Shown here: in pieces, positions 8,549 through 17,082 of the stretch
Layout of the letters: every line of letters starts with the position of its first letter
Position numbering within the stretch: position 1 is the first letter of the stretch
Virus record (IMG/VR): IMGVR_UViG_3300029033_000243
Location: 1 to 25,616 of that record
Reading direction: 5' to 3' (one strand)
DNA length: 25,616 bases
DNA from: a virus
Lineage: Duplodnaviria; Heunggongvirae; Uroviricota; Caudoviricetes
The notes under the pieces: generated by a model
Databases searched by the model: none
The model's input: only the letters and a program-made list of their open reading frames with translations
Told to the model about the DNA's origin: nothing
Position numbers and translations under genes: made by a program

Positions 8549-9607
8549 TTACGCTCCGGCTTCTGCTGCGGCGGCGCTGAAATCGCCAATCTGGATATTT
8601 TCCACCAGTGCGGCGCAGCGGTAGTCCTCAACCACATAGGCTTCGTTAACGGATTCAAAGTTTTCAATCCGGTCACGTTTCGGGTTGTCGATAACTGAAC
8701 GGCGGCGGGTATCTTCCTGCCAGTAGATGGACAGGTTATCCAGACGGGTGATCAGCAGCGCATTCGGCGGGAAGAACGGCGCACGCACGGCCTGCAGGCC
8801 ACCCATGCGTTTCTGGCTGATGATCATATCGGCAGCCAGTTTTTCACTGTTTTCCTGCTCTTTGTTGACCAGCGGGAAATACTTGTCAGACAACAGTTCA
8901 CGACCGCAAATCACCACCAGATCGTCATCGTCCTGGTAGACCACGTCGATAAGCTCATTAACGGCATCCATCACCACGGCGTCCAGGTTGGCATATTCGC
9001 CACCTTTACCGACTTTCACCGCGCCCGGTGTGGTTTCACCGCCCGTGGTGGTGCTGCCCATGACGTGATCCGGTGCATCCTCACGGATTTTCTGTAGCCA
9101 GCCTTTATTCACATCCTGCAGCAGCGGGTTTTCGCTGCGGTTGGAGGTTTTCGCACGCTTTACGCCGTTAAAGCCGATCATGATGCGGTCCAGTGCCTGA
9201 CGTTTCACGATGGCGTCACGGATACGCACCTGGAAATCCTGAAACTTCGCCCACAGGTCCAGCTTCGCGTAGGTCAGCACCGTGTCAAAGTTGGTCTGCT
9301 CGCATTTATATTCCACATCGACCATCAGCGTCGGATCGACAGGTTCACGCTCTTTCGCGGTGGTGTCAGTGGTTCCGGCAATGGTGCTGCCAACACCCAG
9401 CCCCAGCAGCTGACCGGACTGCTCAGTCACTGGCGTGACGTTAATCAGCGTCAGGAAAGCGGCGGACTGCTGGATCTGGTCTTCCAGCGTCTGCTGCACA
9501 GACGGCTCCACGGTGAACTTGCTGGACAGTTCTTCAACTGCCACACCGTTCAGACGCGCCAGCTGCTGCAGGTAAGCGTTAAAAGCAAAGCGGGTATTCT
9601 TCTTCAT
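8549..9607 (-). CDS. N: major capsid protein gpN
   Basis: 352 aa; MKKNTRFAFNAYLQQLARLNGV... recalls the P2 major capsid precursor; O-N-M-L order. Confidence 0.9.
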   Translation of the reverse strand: MKKNTRFAFNAYLQQLARLNGVAVEELSSKFTVEPSVQQTLEDQIQQSAAFLTLINVTPVTEQSGQLLGLGVGSTIAGTTDTTAKEREPVDPTLMVDVEYKCEQTNFDTVLTYAKLDLWAKFQDFQVRIRDAIVKRQALDRIMIGFNGVKRAKTSNRSENPLLQDVNKGWLQKIREDAPDHVMGSTTTGGETTPGAVKVGKGGEYANLDAVVMDAVNELIDVVYQDDDDLVVICGRELLSDKYFPLVNKEQENSEKLAADMIISQKRMGGLQAVRAPFFPPNALLITRLDNLSIYWQEDTRRRSVIDNPKRDRIENFESVNEAYVVEDYRCAALVENIQIGDFSAAAAEAGA

Positions 9608-9623
9608 CGGGTTTTATGCTCCA

Positions 9624-10457
9624 TCAGCAATTGGTCAGAGTGTCAGCGGGGGCGTTGCCGCCTGTTGCACGCTGGCGGTAGTCCTGGCGGCTGTCTTCAT
9701 GGCTCAGCTTGTCCACCAGTTCGTTAAAGGCGGTCTGATGTGCCTGCAGGGCAGTCTCCAGCTCAGACAGGCGTTCTTCCTGCTCAGACAGGGATTTTTC
9801 GGTGCGCGCACTCAGGTTCTGCTGCTCAGTGGCGACCAGTTCCACGGCCTTATGCACATCAGAGAACCGGGCGTCATCGGACTGCTCTTTTTTGGTGAAC
9901 AGCGCCGTGACACGGGCAAACAGGGACGGTTTGTCATCCTGGATTTCTTCCAGTTCGATCACCGTTTCCTCTGCAGCGGTAAAAAGATTGGCGGGATTCT
10001 GCTTGCGGTTTGCCAGCGGGTTATGGGCTGCACTAGCGCTGAATGTCAGCATTTCAGTGCCCAGACTGGCAGGGTCATCAGTGGCAGCCAGGCCGACCAG
10101 GTAGGCTTTGCCCGTATCAGCGAACTTCGGGCTGACTTCCATAGAGGTGAATAATTTCTGGCCTTTTTTCACCAGTTCCACCAGGGACTCCGTTGGCTCA
10201 ACGTCGGCATACAGCGCCATCTTGCCTGCCAGCGGACCTTCCGTGATTTCTTCAGCAAACAGCGCCGTCACCTTGCCGTAGCGGTTAAAGGTGCTGTCCG
10301 GCAGATAAGACTTGATGTGCTCAAGGTTAATCAGCGCGGTATACACCGCCGGGTTGTAGCTGGCTGCCATCTGTTCCAGCCATTCACGCTGGATTTCGCG
10401 TCCGTCGGTGGTGGCACCTTCCACCCCGATGCGAAAACGCTTTGCTTTCACTGTCAT
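9624..10457 (-). CDS. O: capsid scaffolding protein gpO
   Basis: 277 aa; MTVKAKRFRIGVEGATTDGREI... typical P2 gpO N-terminus; divergent from P. Confidence 0.9.
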   Translation of the reverse strand: MTVKAKRFRIGVEGATTDGREIQREWLEQMAASYNPAVYTALINLEHIKSYLPDSTFNRYGKVTALFAEEITEGPLAGKMALYADVEPTESLVELVKKGQKLFTSMEVSPKFADTGKAYLVGLAATDDPASLGTEMLTFSASAAHNPLANRKQNPANLFTAAEETVIELEEIQDDKPSLFARVTALFTKKEQSDDARFSDVHKAVELVATEQQNLSARTEKSLSEQEERLSELETALQAHQTAFNELVDKLSHEDSRQDYRQRATGGNAPADTLTNC

Positions 10458-10535
10458 GAGCCGTGCTCCGTTAGAAAAAACTTACTGGAGCCTTATGGTT
10501 GCGGTGATGGGGGCAGTGAAACAATGCGCGGTATT

Positions 10536-10553
10536 TGTACCGACAACCACACA
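10536..10553. promoter_or_regulatory. TGT-N12-ACA dyad in the divergent O/P intergenic region (putative Ogr-dependent late promoter element)
   Basis: Read directly: tgt-accgacaaccac-aca, about 85 nt upstream of the O start; palindromic, so orientation-independent. Confidence 0.4.
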
Positions 10554-10599
10554 AACCGCAGGCGGGGAAAGCCTTCATTCAAGGCTGTAGGTTTGTGCC

Positions 10600-12366
10600 A
10601 TGAACACCACACTGACACCCGCAGATCTCGATCCCCGTCGGCAGGCCATGCTGCTGTACTTTCAGGGATACCGCGTAGCCCGCATTGCTGAAATGCTGGG
10701 CGAGAAAGTTGCAACCGTTCACAGCTGGAAAAAACGCGACAAGTGGGGTGACTATGGGCCGCTGGATCAGATGCAGCTCACCACCGCCGCACGCTACTGC
10801 CAGCTCATTATGAAGGAGCACAAAGAAGGGAAAGATTTCAAAGAGATTGACCTGCTGGCGCGCCAGTCTGAGCGCCACGCGCGGATCGGCAAGTTTAACA
10901 ATGGCGGCAACGAAGCCGACTTAAATCCTAACGTCGCCAACCGCAACAAAGGCCCGCGCCGTCAGCCGGAAAAAAATGTCTTCACCGATGAACAGATTGA
11001 GAAGCTGGAAGAAATCTTCCATTCCTCCATGTTCAACTACCAGCGCCACTGGTGGGAAGCCGGAAAAACCAACCGCATCCGCAACCTGCTGAAGTCACGC
11101 CAGATCGGCGCGACCTTTTACTTTGCCCGTGAAGCCCTGATTGACGCCCTGCTTACCGGGCGTAACCAGATTTTCCTTTCCGCCAGTAAGGCACAGGCCC
11201 ACGTCTTTAAGCAGTACATCATCGACTTCGCCAAAGAAGTGGAGGTGGAGCTGAAAGGCGATCCGATGGTGCTTCCTAACGGGGCCACGCTTTACTTCCT
11301 CGGCACCAATGCCCGCACGGCCCAGAGTTATCACGGCAACCTGTATCTGGATGAATATTTCTGGATACCGAAATTTCAGGAGCTACGCAAAGTGGCTTCC
11401 GGTATGGCTATTCACAAGAAATGGCGGCAGACCTATTTTTCCACACCATCCAGTCTGACCCACAGTGCTTATCCGTTCTGGTCCGGTGCGCTGTTCAACC
11501 GTGGGCGCAACAAAGCTGACAAGGTGGACATCGACCTGTCCCACAGCAATCTGGCCCCCGGCCTGCTGTGCGCAGACGGGCAATACCGCCAGATAGTCAC
11601 CGTGGAAGATGCGGTGCGCGGCGGCTGTAACCTGTTCGACCTCGACCAGTTGCGCATGGAGTACAGCCCGGACGAATACCAGAACCTGCTGATGTGTGAG
11701 TTCGTGGACGATCTCGCGTCCGTGTTCCCGCTCAGCGAGCTGCAGGCGTGCATGGTGGACAGCTGGGAAGTATGGACCGACTTTCATGCACTGGCGCTGC
11801 GCCCGTTTGGCTGGCGCGAAGTGTGGATCGGTTATGACCCGGCAAAAGGTACGCAGAACGGCGACAGTGCCGGATGCGTGGTGGTGGCTCCGCCAGCCGT
11901 GCCGGGTGGTAAGTTCCGCATTCTTGAGCGTCACCAGTGGCGCGGGATGGACTTCCGCGCCCAGGCTGACGCCATCAAAAAACTCACCGAACAGTACAAC
12001 GTTACGTATATCGGTATCGACTCGACCGGCGTTGGTCACGGGGTTTATGAGAACGTGAAAGCGTTCTTTCCTGCCGTCCGGGAGTTTGTCTACAACCCCA
12101 ACGTTAAAAATGCCCTGGTACTCAAGGCCTACGACATTATCAGCCACCGCCGTCTGGAGTTTGACGCCGGACACACCGACATTGCGCAGTCATTCATGGC
12201 AATCCGTCGCGCAACCACCGCCAGCGGCAACCGCCCGACCTATGAAGCCAGCCGCAGCGAAGAAGCCAGCCACGCCGATCTGGCCTGGGCAACAATGCAC
12301 GCACTGTTTAACGAACCGCTGCAGGGCGAATCCGCCAATACCAGCAATATTGTGGAGATTTTTTGA
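10600..12366 (+). CDS. P: terminase large (ATPase) subunit gpP
   Basis: 588 aa; strong resemblance to P2 gpP along its length; stop overlaps the Q start (ATGA). Confidence 0.9.
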   Translation: MNTTLTPADLDPRRQAMLLYFQGYRVARIAEMLGEKVATVHSWKKRDKWGDYGPLDQMQLTTAARYCQLIMKEHKEGKDFKEIDLLARQSERHARIGKFNNGGNEADLNPNVANRNKGPRRQPEKNVFTDEQIEKLEEIFHSSMFNYQRHWWEAGKTNRIRNLLKSRQIGATFYFAREALIDALLTGRNQIFLSASKAQAHVFKQYIIDFAKEVEVELKGDPMVLPNGATLYFLGTNARTAQSYHGNLYLDEYFWIPKFQELRKVASGMAIHKKWRQTYFSTPSSLTHSAYPFWSGALFNRGRNKADKVDIDLSHSNLAPGLLCADGQYRQIVTVEDAVRGGCNLFDLDQLRMEYSPDEYQNLLMCEFVDDLASVFPLSELQACMVDSWEVWTDFHALALRPFGWREVWIGYDPAKGTQNGDSAGCVVVAPPAVPGGKFRILERHQWRGMDFRAQADAIKKLTEQYNVTYIGIDSTGVGHGVYENVKAFFPAVREFVYNPNVKNALVLKAYDIISHRRLEFDAGHTDIAQSFMAIRRATTASGNRPTYEASRSEEASHADLAWATMHALFNEPLQGESANTSNIVEIF

Positions 12367-13394
12367 TGGGAAAGAGTAAGAAGAACCGCGCTGCGGCGAC
12401 GAAACAGATCCAGCTTAAAAGCCAGACTACAGCCGAAGCATTCAGCTTCGGCGATCCCGTTCCTGTTCTGGACCGCCGAGAACTGCTGGACTATGTGGAA
12501 TGCGTACAGATGGACCGTTGGTATGAGCCGCCCGTCAGCTTTGACGGACTGGCGCGCACCTTCCGCGCTGCCGTGCATCACAGTTCCCCGATTGCAGTGA
12601 AATGCAACATTCTGACCAGTACATTTATCCCGCATCCACTCCTGAGCCAGCAAGCATTCAGCCGATTAGTGCAAGATTATCTGGTATTCGGTAACGCCTA
12701 TCTGGAAAAAAGGACGAACCGATTGGGAGGCATTCTATCGCTGGAGCCATCACTGGCAAAATACACCCGCCGGGGCGTGGATCTCGACACCTACTGGTTT
12801 GTGCAATATGGCATGACCACGCAACCCTACGAGTTCACCAAAGGCAGCATCTTTCACCTGATGGAGCCAGATTTAAACCAAGAGATTTACGGCCTGCCGG
12901 AATACCTGTCCGCCATACCTTCCGCCCTGCTGAATGAGTCCGCAACACTATTCCGCCGGAAGTACTACATCAACGGCAGCCACGCAGGTTTCATCATGTA
13001 CATGACTGACGCCGCGCAGAACCATGAGGACGTGAACAACATCCGCCAGGCCATGAAAAGCGCCAAAGGTCCAGGTAACTTCCGTAACCTGTTTATGTAC
13101 TCACCCAACGGCAAAAAGGATGGCATTCAGATCATCCCACTGTCAGAGGTGGCGGCAAAAGATGAGTTTTTGAACATCAAGAATGTGAGCCGGGATGACA
13201 TGATGGCAGCGCACCGCGTGCCGCCGCAGATGATGGGAATTATGCCTAGCAATGTTGGGGGGTTTGGGGATGTAGAGAAGGCGAGTAAGGTATTTGTAAG
13301 AAATGAATTAACTCCCCTGCAAGCTAAATTTGAGGAGGTTAATCAATTCACTGGATACGAAATAGTGAAATTTAAAAAATATTCTTTTGAGTAA
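12363..13394 (+). CDS. Q: portal (capsid vertex) protein gpQ
   Basis: 343 aa; P2 gpQ-like size and sequence; translationally coupled to P. Confidence 0.9.
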   Translation: MMGKSKKNRAAATKQIQLKSQTTAEAFSFGDPVPVLDRRELLDYVECVQMDRWYEPPVSFDGLARTFRAAVHHSSPIAVKCNILTSTFIPHPLLSQQAFSRLVQDYLVFGNAYLEKRTNRLGGILSLEPSLAKYTRRGVDLDTYWFVQYGMTTQPYEFTKGSIFHLMEPDLNQEIYGLPEYLSAIPSALLNESATLFRRKYYINGSHAGFIMYMTDAAQNHEDVNNIRQAMKSAKGPGNFRNLFMYSPNGKKDGIQIIPLSEVAAKDEFLNIKNVSRDDMMAAHRVPPQMMGIMPSNVGGFGDVEKASKVFVRNELTPLQAKFEEVNQFTGYEIVKFKKYSFE

Positions 13395-13402
13395 ATAAAA
13401 AC

Positions 13403-13433
13403 AAGCCATCCATATAAATATATTGGATGGCTT
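13403..13433 (-). terminator. rho-independent terminator of the ATPase-SIR2 operon (hairpin shared with the convergent Q gene)
   Basis: Perfect 10-bp stem aagccatcca / tggatggctt with an 11-nt loop; on the minus strand it is followed by TGTTTTTATTT, 6 nt after the SIR2-like ORF stop. Confidence 0.55.
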
Positions 13434-13438
13434 ATTAA

Positions 13439-14014
13439 TTAAGACTCAGCACACAACTCTAAAAAAGAACCTTTATAATAAAAAAGACCAGACTTATCAT
13501 TTAACTCTGTAAATAGCTTACAAGCTCTTTTATGACACTCCAATGCACTGTTTTCATTACGACTAACTATAATTGTTTCTTTCTCCTTATTGTCTGCATC
13601 CAGAAAACTCTTCAATAAGAATTGAATAATGTAATCTTCTTCAGGGAAAGAATACCCAATAAAAATCAGAACATCTGCTTGTCTTAGTTGACTAGATGAT
13701 TTAATAAATGCATTTTTGAAGTATTTATCACTATAATTTTGATCATTAGATGGTAATATTATATTCGGACATGACTTTATATCATTTAATGAGTCGTAAT
13801 CAATTTTAAAGCCATCACCTTCAGCAATAACCTCAAACCCACCATTTAATTTATAGAGTCCAACTCCACCTTTTTTAGGACAAGCGACTTCGTTATTAAT
13901 ATGAATGGGAAAACCACGTAATTGAGTCCTAGCAGGATTGGAGAATTTCAAAACCTTATCAATAACTATATCATAATTTGTAGTTATAATATCCAAAGAT
14001 TTGGAACATTCCAA
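13439..14014 (-). CDS. SIR2-like (NADase-type) effector, C-terminal portion; frame is open upstream to an in-frame TAG at 14132-14134
   Basis: ORF-track piece begins at TTG; carries ITTNYD (nt 13970-13984) and LIFIGYSFPEED (GYS nt 13649-13657) SIR2-type motifs; AT-rich; same frame as the 14132..14527 piece. Confidence 0.6.
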   Translation of the reverse strand: MECSKSLDIITTNYDIVIDKVLKFSNPARTQLRGFPIHINNEVACPKKGGVGLYKLNGGFEVIAEGDGFKIDYDSLNDIKSCPNIILPSNDQNYSDKYFKNAFIKSSSQLRQADVLIFIGYSFPEEDYIIQFLLKSFLDADNKEKETIIVSRNENSALECHKRACKLFTELNDKSGLFYYKGSFLELCAES

Positions 14015-14131
14015 TCCATTAAAAAACCTGATAATATCATCTTTATGTTTTCTTGCAGCACCCTTGCTATCAAGCTTAAATTCACTCGCAGGCAGTAATC
14101 TTACAAATTTATTCTTAATGTAATTCTTGAC

Positions 14132-14527
14132 CTACCGTTCAAAATAGTCCAGAGTCTGTTTATCCAAATGAGATGGTAAAAGACTAGGGTATCTGCGGTA
14201 AACATCAAGATTGTACTTAAAACTCTTAAATACGCCAGCCCTTTCCTTTTCACAAACAGTTTCTGGATGCAGATTCAGATTAAAAGATTCAAATAAAGAG
14301 AAAAATTTAAACTTATCAGAATATAATTCAGCTTCTTCTTTTGACAACGAGAAAACTTGATCACTCAGGGGATATTTTTCATCCCAAGCTTTAGAAAAAC
14401 CAGCACCTAAAAAAACACATATTTTCTTATCGTCTAGCTTCCGATGTAAATCATCGAAGGACTCTATTCCTAGAGAATTACCTTCTTGAGCCACACCATC
14501 ATAGTCAAAGTCTAATTTATCTAACAT
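14132..14527 (-). CDS. SIR2-like effector, N-terminal portion (Rossmann GAGxS motif), ending at an in-frame TAG
   Basis: 131 aa; KICVFLGAGFSKAW (nt 14393-14407) is the SIR2 dinucleotide-binding motif; ATG overlaps the ATPase stop (TAATG), indicating translational coupling. Confidence 0.6.
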   Translation of the reverse strand: MLDKLDFDYDGVAQEGNSLGIESFDDLHRKLDDKKICVFLGAGFSKAWDEKYPLSDQVFSLSKEEAELYSDKFKFFSLFESFNLNLHPETVCEKERAGVFKSFKYNLDVYRRYPSLLPSHLDKQTLDYFER

Positions 14528-15768
14528 TATTTTTCTTTCCCTACCAATCCCAAAAAGGAAGGAAGAACACCAAATTCCCCTCGAAAATACTTAGCCGAAA
14601 CCTTAGCATCTTTCCTAATTGAAAACTTTGATGCATTGATAATATTCGAGGCTTTTTCTTTATCTTTGATAATAATATTTAATTCATCTCTTCTGAAGCA
14701 TTCATCCAATAAAGGAATATTATGAGTAGATAATATAAATTGCATATCATTTTTCTCTAAATGATATGTTAAGATACTTTTAATTAAGGTGGTAGCCAGA
14801 GAATGATGAATAGATGCATCTACTTCATCAACATAAAGCGTAAACCCACAATCAGTTGTCCAAATAACTGCAGCCATGAATGTTAATATATTCATAGTCC
14901 CTTGTGAGAAAAACTCATCCCTCTCACCTGGACCTATGGTTGTAAAACCACCATCAAGATTTTTTATCTTGTAGACAAAGTGATATTTTTTATCACTACC
15001 TACAGGAAGAAAATCGACACCATCAATATGAAGGGGTGCCTTTAAAATAACATCACCATACAAACCTAACAGATTCTTAGCATTATCATTAATGGTTACC
15101 TTCCCATTATCATCTTTAGTCAGTAGTTCTTCAAACTTGGATTCAAAAAACTCCAACCCTTTACCAAAAAATATTTCAGGATTATATGGTAATTGAGATA
15201 CAGCCCAATCTCTAACATTAGTCATTTCTTTGGATTGCAAAGATTTCGCAAATGTTATTACTGCACCAGAATCTTTAATAATTGGTTTTATAAGCGTTTC
15301 ATGCTTTTTGTAAGTTGGTTTTTTAAACTCCAACTCATCTCCATTACGAATAAAAATACAACTTTCTTTTGCTCCTTTCTTCACTTCTCTTGAGTAAAGA
15401 TATTCACTAACAACCTTACCTTCAAAAACAGATATCCCATATCGAAGAAAAGTGTCTTTTTCTTTGTTTACAATAATAACTTCATAAGAGGTCGGACTTA
15501 GTCGATTTTTACTATCGAACATGTACGGTTTATGGAGTTCATTCAATGTGTCACGATGTATAGATCGAGCAAAATCATTTATTGCTCTTATTATTTGAGA
15601 TTTTCCTGCACCATTCCCACCAATAATTGCAGCAAATCGATTAATTCTTAATCCATTGTCTAACAACATAGTATGATCAAGGTGTTCATCACCAGCGGAT
15701 GACACAAAACTTAGAGTCTGCTGGTCTCTAAAGCTCTTATAATTCTCTATCGTGAAGGCAATCAGCAT
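14527..15768 (-). CDS. ABC-type / AAA_21-like ATPase (OLD/PtuA/AriA-like architecture), first gene of the two-gene cargo operon
   Basis: 413 aa; Walker A GGNGAGKS (nt 15598-15621, verified by translation); Walker B/D-loop LYVDEVDASIHH; late STHN motif; N-terminus MLIAFTIENYKSFRD typical of these ATPases; AT-rich. Confidence 0.8.
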   Translation of the reverse strand: MLIAFTIENYKSFRDQQTLSFVSSAGDEHLDHTMLLDNGLRINRFAAIIGGNGAGKSQIIRAINDFARSIHRDTLNELHKPYMFDSKNRLSPTSYEVIIVNKEKDTFLRYGISVFEGKVVSEYLYSREVKKGAKESCIFIRNGDELEFKKPTYKKHETLIKPIIKDSGAVITFAKSLQSKEMTNVRDWAVSQLPYNPEIFFGKGLEFFESKFEELLTKDDNGKVTINDNAKNLLGLYGDVILKAPLHIDGVDFLPVGSDKKYHFVYKIKNLDGGFTTIGPGERDEFFSQGTMNILTFMAAVIWTTDCGFTLYVDEVDASIHHSLATTLIKSILTYHLEKNDMQFILSTHNIPLLDECFRRDELNIIIKDKEKASNIINASKFSIRKDAKVSAKYFRGEFGVLPSFLGLVGKEK

Positions 15769-15912
15769 CTGAAACCCCTAATTTTGTGAAAAAAGTGCAA
15801 AATAGACATGATTAGTGAGTGTAATGCAGACTGAGCTAGGCTGTAAATGAAGATGTGAAGTTATCCTTTAATACTGTTCTTGCTTTCAACCAAATCTCAT
15901 ACTTAGCGCGCG

Positions 15913-15931
15913 CTCGTATCCCCGCCACGCC
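15913..15931 (-). other. putative cos site (19-nt cohesive-end sequence, minus-strand orientation)
   Basis: Reverse complement reads GGCGTGGCGGGGATACGAG; the first 13 nt match the cohesive end I recall for phage 186 (GGCGTGGCGGGGAAAGCAT; P2 has GGCGAGGCGGGGAAAGCAC). Lies downstream of Q, as expected. Confidence 0.5.
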
Positions 15932-15953
15932 TGCCCGCTTTATGCAGTGGTTT

Positions 15954-16054
15954 TCATGCACATGCATGACATGAGCAAAAGCCCGCCAGTTCTGGCGAAT
16001 CTGAGCAAAGACGATCCTCAATCGATCATGCGATTTCATGCAGCATAGTCATGC
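15954..16054. repeat. cluster of TCATGC / CATGCATG short repeats next to cos (possible terminase recognition elements)
   Basis: Read directly: TCATGC at 15954-15959, 16026-16031, 16036-16041 and 16049-16054, plus CATGCATG at 15961-15968. Confidence 0.3.
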
Positions 16055-16310
16055 ACTGTCAAGGAAGTTAAAATCCGTATCTGAATGGCCACTTGAAAAA
16101 CGGATCATACGGGTTTACAAAGATGAATGTTCGCTGTGAACGGGAAGCGGAAGTTAACTTTCAGATAACATAATCCATATGCACGAGAACCTCTAAAATA
16201 GAATGGGACACCTAAGCGGGGTACTTACAACTATTCTTTCCATATTCACAGTTAACACTCTGTTTGGCGTATTTTTATTCAAATAGCAAACACCAATAAA
16301 AGGAGTTTCC

Positions 16311-16646
16311 ATGAACAATATTCCCCCTATACCACAGTTAGGAATTTATGTCTCAAAAATCGATCCCACCCTACGTATCACTGTAACCGATGTTGATATT
16401 GTTGATGGTGAGGATGATTCTCCTGATGATGAATTGTTTTATTTAGTCCACTGGATCGAGGGGGAAGATGAAAGTGATATGACAGCAATGGGATTTGAGC
16501 TAGACCCAGTAGAGTGGCAGGCTTTCGTTGAATCTGAGCAATTAGTGTTTGAGCGTGATCCGTACATGGATTCAATCCCCGAAAATTCAAACTTGGCAAA
16601 GATTCGGGATTTTCTCATGAAGACTAAACAGAATGATCATTCGTAA
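16311..16646 (+). CDS. small very acidic protein of unknown function (111 aa)
   Basis: ATG preceded by AAAGGAG; roughly a quarter of residues are Asp/Glu with few basic residues; lies between cos and the Tum/DinI-like module, where P2 carries tin/old. Confidence 0.55.
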   Translation: MNNIPPIPQLGIYVSKIDPTLRITVTDVDIVDGEDDSPDDELFYLVHWIEGEDESDMTAMGFELDPVEWQAFVESEQLVFERDPYMDSIPENSNLAKIRDFLMKTKQNDHS

Positions 16647-16800
16647 GTGTAAGCATCCATCAGGAAAATGGTTTTGTAAGTGAATCATCAACTTTTAGAG
16701 AGTCTCAGACACTCCCACTTCTGCTTCTGACACAAAGCGGACGATCACTTATCAAAATAACCGCCCACCTTACGCCTTATTTCACTCATTGCCCAAACTA

Positions 16801-16830
16801 GCCCCCATCAGAATGAATCCTCCTGGGGGC
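16801..16830. terminator. hairpin between convergent acidic ORF and DinI-like gene (weak terminator candidate)
   Basis: 7-bp GC-rich stem gccccca / tgggggc with a 16-nt loop; no strong T-tract on either side. Confidence 0.2.
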
Positions 16831-16838
16831 AACGTTTC

Positions 16839-17072
16839 TTAATGCAGCCAGCTGTCGTCCTCCCACACCTTCTGCATAATTTTCATCACTTGTTTTCTTT
16901 CTTCATCCAGTTGCAGTCCGGTTAGTTCCACACCGTTAGAGCTACCTTTGCGAATGCGAATTACCGTTTTGGGATACAGGGGGCGCAGATTGCGGTAAAG
17001 CTCGGATTCAAGGGCGTCCAGGGTAGACTGGCTAATCTTCTGCTCTTTATCGATCATTATTTCAATGCGCAT
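16839..17072 (-). CDS. DinI-family protein, Tum-like antirepressor domain
   Basis: From the internal Met (MRIEIMIDKEQ...LDALESEL...VWEDDSWLH), 77 aa aligns by eye with E. coli DinI (MRIEVTIAK...ETWESADDWFVSE). The ORF-track frame extends upstream to 17144, overlapping the preceding ORF. Confidence 0.7.
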   Translation of the reverse strand: MRIEIMIDKEQKISQSTLDALESELYRNLRPLYPKTVIRIRKGSSNGVELTGLQLDEERKQVMKIMQKVWEDDSWLH

Positions 17073-17082
17073 AAAAGTCACC

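Noticed and set aside
11383-12174. 263-aa minus-strand ORF (and many similar long ORFs such as 1053..1634 +, 5361..5756 +, 7531..7983 +, 9699..10154 +)
   Set aside because: All lie antisense to or out of frame within well-supported P2-family structural genes in GC-rich DNA, where long spurious ORFs are expected; none has a plausible RBS or motif.
13439-14014. Treating the 191-aa TTG-initiated ORF as an independent third gene
   Set aside because: The frame is open for a further 39 codons upstream to a TAG that terminates the 131-aa ORF in the same frame, and the SIR2 motifs are distributed across both pieces in canonical order, so one interrupted gene is the better reading.
13439-15768. Assignment of the ATPase plus downstream ORFs to PARIS (AriA/AriB), Septu (PtuA/PtuB) or Gabija
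   Set aside because: The downstream protein carries SIR2-type motifs (GAGFS, TTNYD, GYS) rather than Toprim/DUF4435, HNH or helicase features, so I did not label it as any of these; kept as an unassigned ATPase-SIR2 module pending profile searches.
15836-16039. 67-aa minus-strand ORF spanning the cos-like sequence
   Set aside because: Overlaps the putative cos 19-mer and the TCATGC repeat cluster, has no convincing RBS and no recognisable protein features; most likely a chance ORF in a cis-acting packaging region.
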